This document shows, piece after piece, positions 58,838-64,000 of a DNA stretch of 64,000 nt; position 1 is the first letter of the stretch; each line of letters opens with the position of its first letter. The stretch lies in NCBI GenBank assembly GCA_045133095.1, contig JBGUTP010000007.1:75167-139166 (forward strand), written 5' to 3'. The stretch comes from Candidatus Enterousia sp. Lineage in GTDB: Bacteria; Pseudomonadota; Alphaproteobacteria; Rs-D84. A model generated the notes under the pieces. The model made no database searches. It saw only the letters and a list, made by a program, of their open reading frames with translations, and had not been told where the DNA came from. A program made the position numbers and the translations under genes.

Positions 58838-60007
58838 TTATTTATCTTCAAGTATTGCGATTCCTGGCAATGTGCGCCCTTCGATAAATTCCAAGAACGC
58901 CCCACCACCCGTTGAAACATATGTGATATCACCTTTGACACCACACGCTTCTAACGCGGCAACCGTATCACCACCACCAACTATACTTTCCAATTTACCT
59001 GCACGTGTCTGTTCTGCGATTGCATTTGCCAACGCGAACGAACCAAAAGACCACGTCGGCGCCCATTCTGCCATCCCGACTGTTCCATTCCAAATCACAG
59101 TTTTTGCCGCCCGAATTGCCGCCACGTCACGCGCCGTTGTTTTTTCACCCGCATCAATAATCACGTCATCATCTTCAATTTCTGTAAAGTCCTTGTTCAT
59201 ACGCACCGCCCCCCGCGCAAATTCCTTTGCGACACCTTTATCCAGCGGCAACAAAACCTGACAATCATTCTGTGCGGCAAAATCTAAAATCTCCAATGCA
59301 GTATCTTTCTGGTCGGCTTCATACAGTGAATTTCCAACTTTACCACCCTGGGCATAGTTAAACGTTGTTCCCAACGCGCCGCCAATAATCAACGTATCAG
59401 ACAACTTTGCCAACGCTTTCAGCACGCCTATTTTTGTTGAAACTTTGCTGCCTGCAACAATTGACAACAGTGGGCGTTTTGGATTTTCCATAACCGCACT
59501 TAAATGCTCTATTTCTGATGACAGCAAATCCCCTGCATACGACGGCAGAATTTCTGCCACACCAACAGTACTGGCATGCGCCCTGTGCGACACCGCAAAA
59601 GCATCATTTACAAACAAATCAAATCCGCGCGCCAATTCTGCCGCAAAGCCTGGGTCATTTTTTTCTTCCCCTGCATAAAAACGCACATTTTCCAACAATA
59701 CCAGGTCACCATCGCTCATAGTTGCCAAGAAATCCTTGTCTAAACAATCCGGTATTAATTTCACCCCCATAAAATCTGCAATAGGCTGCAAAGAATATTC
59801 CGGATTTTTTTCTCCTTTTGGTCGGCCACGATGCGCCACTATTGCCACACGCGCCCCCGCATCACGCAACTTTTTAATTGTTGGCATACTTTGTTCAATA
59901 CGAAACGCGTCTGTAATTTTTCCATCAACAATTTGCACATTAAAATCATCACGCAGTAAAACATATTTTCCGCGCAAATCTAATTTTTCAATTACCCTTA
60001 ACTTCAT
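58838..60007 (-). CDS. pgk: phosphoglycerate kinase
   Basis: KYVLLRDDFNVQI, the hinge and C-terminal nucleotide-binding motifs. Confidence 0.9.
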   Translation of the reverse strand: MKLRVIEKLDLRGKYVLLRDDFNVQIVDGKITDAFRIEQSMPTIKKLRDAGARVAIVAHRGRPKGEKNPEYSLQPIADFMGVKLIPDCLDKDFLATMSDGDLVLLENVRFYAGEEKNDPGFAAELARGFDLFVNDAFAVSHRAHASTVGVAEILPSYAGDLLSSEIEHLSAVMENPKRPLLSIVAGSKVSTKIGVLKALAKLSDTLIIGGALGTTFNYAQGGKVGNSLYEADQKDTALEILDFAAQNDCQVLLPLDKGVAKEFARGAVRMNKDFTEIEDDDVIIDAGEKTTARDVAAIRAAKTVIWNGTVGMAEWAPTWSFGSFALANAIAEQTRAGKLESIVGGGDTVAALEACGVKGDITYVSTGGGAFLEFIEGRTLPGIAILEDK

Positions 60008-60614
60008 TTTTTATCCTTTCCTTTATCGGTCCAAAACTTTTTCTATAGTGCTGATTTATACCATACTTTTCAATTGCCTGTAAATGAGATTTCGTCGGAT
60101 ACCCTGCATTTTTATCCCATCCGTATTGTGGGAATTGCTGTGCCAAATCGCGCATTAACCTATCTCTTGTTTCTTTGGCTATAACAGATGCCGCCGCAAT
60201 CGACAAAGACTTTGCATCCCCTTTTACCACCGCCATTCCGGTCAAATCTTTCGGCAACCTGTTCCCGTCCACCAAACAGAACTGCGCCTTGCAACTTAAA
60301 TTATCTATTGCACGTTGCATAGCCAACATCGACGCCCATAAAATATTCAATTCATCAATCTCTTCTGGGCTGCATTGCCCGACCGCCCATTGCGTATTTG
60401 TCACAATCCAATCGTACGCCAACGCGCGTTGCTTCTCGCTCATTTGCTTAGAATCACGAATAACCACCGGAATTTCAACATCAAATCGCGGAAACACAAC
60501 AGCCGCCGCCACCACAGGCCCACACAATGGACCACGCCCCGCTTCATCCACCCCGGCAACAACATCCGCGCCAGACGCTATTTCCAAACTAAAATCAGGA
60601 TTTATTTTCATCAT
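59988..60614 (-). CDS. rnhB: ribonuclease HII
   Basis: VAGVDEAGRGPLCGPVVAAAV active site. GGGGGG RBS before the ATGATG start. Overlaps the pgk start by 20 nt. Confidence 0.8.
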   Translation of the reverse strand: MMKINPDFSLEIASGADVVAGVDEAGRGPLCGPVVAAAVVFPRFDVEIPVVIRDSKQMSEKQRALAYDWIVTNTQWAVGQCSPEEIDELNILWASMLAMQRAIDNLSCKAQFCLVDGNRLPKDLTGMAVVKGDAKSLSIAAASVIAKETRDRLMRDLAQQFPQYGWDKNAGYPTKSHLQAIEKYGINQHYRKSFGPIKERIKNEVKGN

Positions 60615-60728
60615 ACCCCCCAGCATAGCAACAAAAACACAAAATAACAAAACTATTTTAACAATTGACAAAGATATATTTTTGTGCAAACATCGCTTGT
60701 GATATAAAACAACACAAAGGATACAAAA

Positions 60729-61034
60729 ATGACAGAAAAAGAAAGAGTAGCCAACGAACTGCGCAAAAAGTTAAATTGGTATCTGGCGCGCCAAGACATA
60801 AACAAAGCCGCAGGTCACTGCGCGTATATCGCGGCTGCTTTATTAAGCATACCGTACATTACGCGCGCATTTGAAACCGGCAACATAGGCGACTTCCTGG
60901 TCCCAGGCATGATGCTTGTTATGGCAAAATTGGCAAACATGAGTGTCGAAGAAGCAAACGCATCATTAAACGCCAAACACAAAGAATTCAGCAACAGATT
61001 AAACAACCTGATTGCAAATAAAAAAACACGCTAG
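60729..61034 (+). CDS. small hypothetical protein (101 aa), member 1 of three tandem paralogs
   Basis: AAAGGA RBS. KAAGHCAYIAAALLS...GNIGDF resembles KAARNCNISAHVSGAG...NGDIDW in the third ORF. Confidence 0.45.
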   Translation: MTEKERVANELRKKLNWYLARQDINKAAGHCAYIAAALLSIPYITRAFETGNIGDFLVPGMMLVMAKLANMSVEEANASLNAKHKEFSNRLNNLIANKKTR

Positions 61035-61049
61035 GGAACGCCACACACT

Positions 61050-61298
61050 ATGAACAATAAAAACTCAAACAGAAATAAAGTACTGCTTGAAATCTTGTTT
61101 TGCGGCGAACTTGTACTAAACGCATATGCAACCGGTCAAACCATCGGCAACACATTCAAGATTATCAACAACGGCTATGACCGTAACACGATGATGATTT
61201 TGTTGCTATGGTTGCTGATGGCGGTCTATACCGGTCACAAGGCATACAAAATCCATCAGTACAAGAAAAATATCAATAACAACAATAAACAGCGGTAA
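61050..61298 (+). CDS. small hypothetical membrane protein (82 aa), tandem paralog 2
   Basis: Co-oriented with 16-nt spacing. Shares a C...A.ATG..IGN...NNGYD pattern. Confidence 0.35.
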   Translation: MNNKNSNRNKVLLEILFCGELVLNAYATGQTIGNTFKIINNGYDRNTMMILLLWLLMAVYTGHKAYKIHQYKKNINNNNKQR

Positions 61299-61303
61299 TA
61301 AAA

Positions 61304-61543
61304 ATGAAAAGAGACACAATCAAAAAAGCCGCCCGAAATTGCAACATCTCCGCCCATGTATCTGGGGCTGGGGCGGCGGCGGCATTTGTAATTGCACTGA
61401 ACCAGGCAAACAACGGTGACATAGATTGGGCATTAATGAACGCAGCACTAAGCATTGCCTGCACCACCCTGGCGGCTATTAATTATCAAAGTTCCAAAAA
61501 CTTTAATAACTATCTAAGAAACTGCAATACAAGGCAAAAATAA
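61304..61543 (+). CDS. small hypothetical protein (79 aa), tandem paralog 3
   Basis: Starts 6 nt after the previous ORF. Followed by the terminator aaaaaaacgtccaaatggacgtttttt (61542-61568). Confidence 0.4.
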   Translation: MKRDTIKKAARNCNISAHVSGAGAAAAFVIALNQANNGDIDWALMNAALSIACTTLAAINYQSSKNFNNYLRNCNTRQK

Positions 61544-61568
61544 AAAAACGTCCAAATGGACGTTTTTT
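61542..61568. terminator. bidirectional terminator aaaaaaacgtccaaatggacgtttttt
   Basis: Perfect hairpin between the convergent small-ORF operon and slt. Confidence 0.7.
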
Positions 61569-63291
61569 AAATAGTCATTCTTTCCGCAATATGTTGCTGA
61601 ACGTATGCATCTTCACTGTTATACAATGGCCAATTACCATTTGCCAATTCTTCCATCGACGTCAACGGTTGATTTAATCTTGCGCGATACAACCACAAAT
61701 TAGACATCACACGCTTAATATAACTGCGTGTTTCATATGCAGGGAAACTTTCGATATACAACAATGGGTCATACGTATAAAAAGACTTTTCAAATTTAAC
61801 CATTGTTCCCATTCCCGCATTATACGCCGCCAGCATTTTAATAATACTATTTTCCACGCGTTCGTGCGCCAACAAATCCACAATATACTGCTGTCCCAAG
61901 AACATATTATGTTCTGGATTAGACATATCAATCTGTGAAATATCAACCTTATTTGCCCGCGCCACGCATTTTGCTGTACTTGGCATTAATTGCATAACAC
62001 CATTTGCCCCCGCCCCAGATTTTGCGGTCGTTCTAAAATTACTTTCCTGCTTAGTAATCGCGAACAGCAACGCCCTGTCAATAGACCACCCGCCCATAGG
62101 TTCCCAATCTGGCAACGGATACTGTGCAGAATATATAATATCATCATCAATTTCCAAAATACCACGGTCTTTTATAACTGATGCAGACTGAATTGAAACA
62201 CGCGGCAAACCGTACGCAGCGGACACAGCACTGACCGCGTGCAACACCCTGTCCGATGCCCGCGAAGTAATCAAGAACTTTAAATATTCTTCTGCCCTGT
62301 CCTTGCGCCCGACCTGCAACAAAGCCAAAGCCATTTTTCCATACTTAGTATTTTGCAATTCTTCAAAATCTTCATCGGTCACATTTGTTTCAAAAAATTC
62401 ATATTCTGGCTGATGCCCCAACATAGTCGCCGACAACGCCCCATAGAAAGCCATCGGATACGCCGCCGCGACACGCCAATATTTTTCTGCGCTTTCCCTG
62501 TCACCCTTAAAGTCTGCCGCACGCCCTGCCCAAAAAGCCGCCTCGGTCTTACGTGCATTATTAATTTGCGACAAATCTAAAATTCTGCTGAAATACTTTT
62601 GCGCCTCGGCATATTTTTCTTCTTTGAAATACAGCAATCCCATCGCCCACAAACCATATTCTGAATTTGCATCGGATGCAACAAAGCCCCATTTTTTTGC
62701 CAATTCCATTTCACCATTCGTATAATAGATAAAGGACAAACGCCCCGCCAATCTGCCATAATCAGATTCGGTTAATTTTTTCTTAAACGAACGCGTTTCC
62801 AATATTTGGCGTGCGACCTTGGTTGAACCACTACGAATAGCCCTTTTAAACTCTGTAATTTTCTTATCTGTACTGCCTGAATATTTTTTTGCGGTCCACG
62901 TTTCAGACTGTGCCGTTTCAATAGATTCTGCCCCTGTCATAACACTTGGCACTTTTGGCTTACGCACGGTCGCCTTTTTAATCTGTGCCAACTTATACAT
63001 TCTTTGCGCCCCGGGCATATCATAATACTTTTCCATCCAGGCTGAAATTTCTTTACTACGCGTACGATAAGTATCTGAAATATAACGTTGATACAACACT
63101 TCGCCCATCAGCATTTTATCTGCTACCTGGTCCTGAACCTTGATTGCGGTGTTAATTTTTTCCTTATCCTGCAACATAAAAATCTGTTCATACAGGCTTG
63201 CATCAACATCAGTCAAAATTTGTGGCAATCCCGCCGCCAACAAATTCAGCGGCAAAATCAACCCTATAAAAGACAAGAAAATTTTTTTCAT
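61567..63291 (-). CDS. slt: soluble lytic murein transglycosylase (Slt family)
   Basis: Signal peptide, superhelical TPR-like N-domain, C-terminal SLT domain (ITKQESNFRTTAKSGAGANGVMQLMPSTA). Confidence 0.75.
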   Translation of the reverse strand: MKKIFLSFIGLILPLNLLAAGLPQILTDVDASLYEQIFMLQDKEKINTAIKVQDQVADKMLMGEVLYQRYISDTYRTRSKEISAWMEKYYDMPGAQRMYKLAQIKKATVRKPKVPSVMTGAESIETAQSETWTAKKYSGSTDKKITEFKRAIRSGSTKVARQILETRSFKKKLTESDYGRLAGRLSFIYYTNGEMELAKKWGFVASDANSEYGLWAMGLLYFKEEKYAEAQKYFSRILDLSQINNARKTEAAFWAGRAADFKGDRESAEKYWRVAAAYPMAFYGALSATMLGHQPEYEFFETNVTDEDFEELQNTKYGKMALALLQVGRKDRAEEYLKFLITSRASDRVLHAVSAVSAAYGLPRVSIQSASVIKDRGILEIDDDIIYSAQYPLPDWEPMGGWSIDRALLFAITKQESNFRTTAKSGAGANGVMQLMPSTAKCVARANKVDISQIDMSNPEHNMFLGQQYIVDLLAHERVENSIIKMLAAYNAGMGTMVKFEKSFYTYDPLLYIESFPAYETRSYIKRVMSNLWLYRARLNQPLTSMEELANGNWPLYNSEDAYVQQHIAERMTI

Positions 63292-63303
63292 CTTATACAC
63301 TCA

Positions 63304-63804
63304 TCAAAACAGCGATGTTTTTGGCAGTTTACAAACGACCGCACCATCGTCGTCTTCTGGGATTTGATCGATAATTTTCTTAAAGTCTGCAATTTTCGAA
63401 AACTTACGATACACAGACGCGAATCTAACGAACGCAATCGGGTCCAAATTCAACAAAGAATCCGACACCATTTGTCCGACCATTGCACTTGTGACCGTAT
63501 CATCTGGCGTTTCTGTTTCCAATCTACGATGAATAGACGTCACTAACTTTTCGATTTGTTCATCACCCACATCACGGTTACGGCACGCCAACTTGATACT
63601 GCGGCGCAGTTTTTCACGGTCAAACGCCTCTAACTTTCCGCTGTTTTTCCGCACCATCAAATCGCGCATTTGCACACGTTCCACCGTTGTGAATTTTGCC
63701 CCGCATTGTTCACAAACGCGGCGCCGACGAATAATCGCATCTTCAATATCGGGTCGTGAATCCGTTACCCGACTATCTGTTGAATTACAATATGGACATC
63801 TCAT
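63304..63804 (-). CDS. nrdR: transcriptional repressor NrdR
   Basis: MRCPYCNSTDSRVTDSR zinc ribbon plus an ATP-cone. Confidence 0.85.
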   Translation of the reverse strand: MRCPYCNSTDSRVTDSRPDIEDAIIRRRRVCEQCGAKFTTVERVQMRDLMVRKNSGKLEAFDREKLRRSIKLACRNRDVGDEQIEKLVTSIHRRLETETPDDTVTSAMVGQMVSDSLLNLDPIAFVRFASVYRKFSKIADFKKIIDQIPEDDDGAVVCKLPKTSLF

Positions 63805-64000
63805 AGTACATATACGGTAGCAATCAATTCGTATATTATCAAGTAAATTTATTTTTCAAAAAAAATGCATTTTTATAAAAATCAAGTGCTTTATTACAAA
63901 AAAGCACAGTCTGGCGCAAAAAAATTCACCCCAAAATATGATATAATATTTCTTAGCAAAGGCAGAGAGAGAAATGAACAAATACCTTAACCAGATTTTT

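Noticed and set aside
1-64000. CRISPR arrays, rRNA genes, large insertion sequences or prophage blocks
   Set aside because: No regularly spaced direct repeats, no rRNA-like conserved stretches, and no transposase or phage structural genes were recognisable in any frame. The only recombinase is the small serine recombinase at 19536-20150.

Overview
This 64-kb window looks like part of a low-GC (about 40%) proteobacterial chromosome. The gene content suggests an alphaproteobacterial, probably host-associated lineage: lpxI, carD/cdnL, an rpsF-rpsR-rplI operon, Pmp-like and S8 autotransporters, and many secreted cysteine-rich proteins. That lineage call is inference only.

Most of the window is housekeeping. 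It includes corA (partial), acpS, carD, pyruvate:ferredoxin oxidoreductase, ctpA, tyrS, rpsB-tsf, ssb, clpB, rpmB, lpxI, rplI-rpsR-rpsF, tpiA-grpE, clpP-clpX, recO, rpsA, tatA, thrS, pgk, rnhB, slt and nrdR. There are three tRNAs: Pro-GGG, Leu-CAA and Gln-CTG.

The accessory or unusual loci are:
- Two homologous ~130-150-bp structured elements inserted just downstream of tRNA-Pro and tRNA-Leu, each followed by an exact direct repeat of that tRNA's 3' end.
- A MotA/MotB-like proton-channel pair, in which the B subunit carries a long coiled coil plus an OmpA domain, immediately upstream of a McrB (EVE/PUA-like N-terminal reader)-McrC type IV restriction pair.
- A Doc/Fic-family protein with a degenerate motif (QPFNDYNKR), co-oriented with an APH-like kinase.
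- An N-domain-less ClpB behind a sigma-32-like promoter.
- A divergent ClpP paralog.
- A small serine recombinase wedged between an S8 subtilase and ssb.
- An orphan VirB11-family ATPase.
- A chlamydial-Pmp-like autotransporter.
- Paralogous secreted cysteine-rich repeat proteins.
- A small Cys-peptide, M16 peptidase, HD-domain protein and Ntn-hydrolase neighbourhood.
- Three tandem small paralogous ORFs.

No CRISPR array and no rRNA genes were seen. Coordinates for starts were refined by eye from RBS context and are approximate. Annotations rest on motif recognition only; no database search was run.
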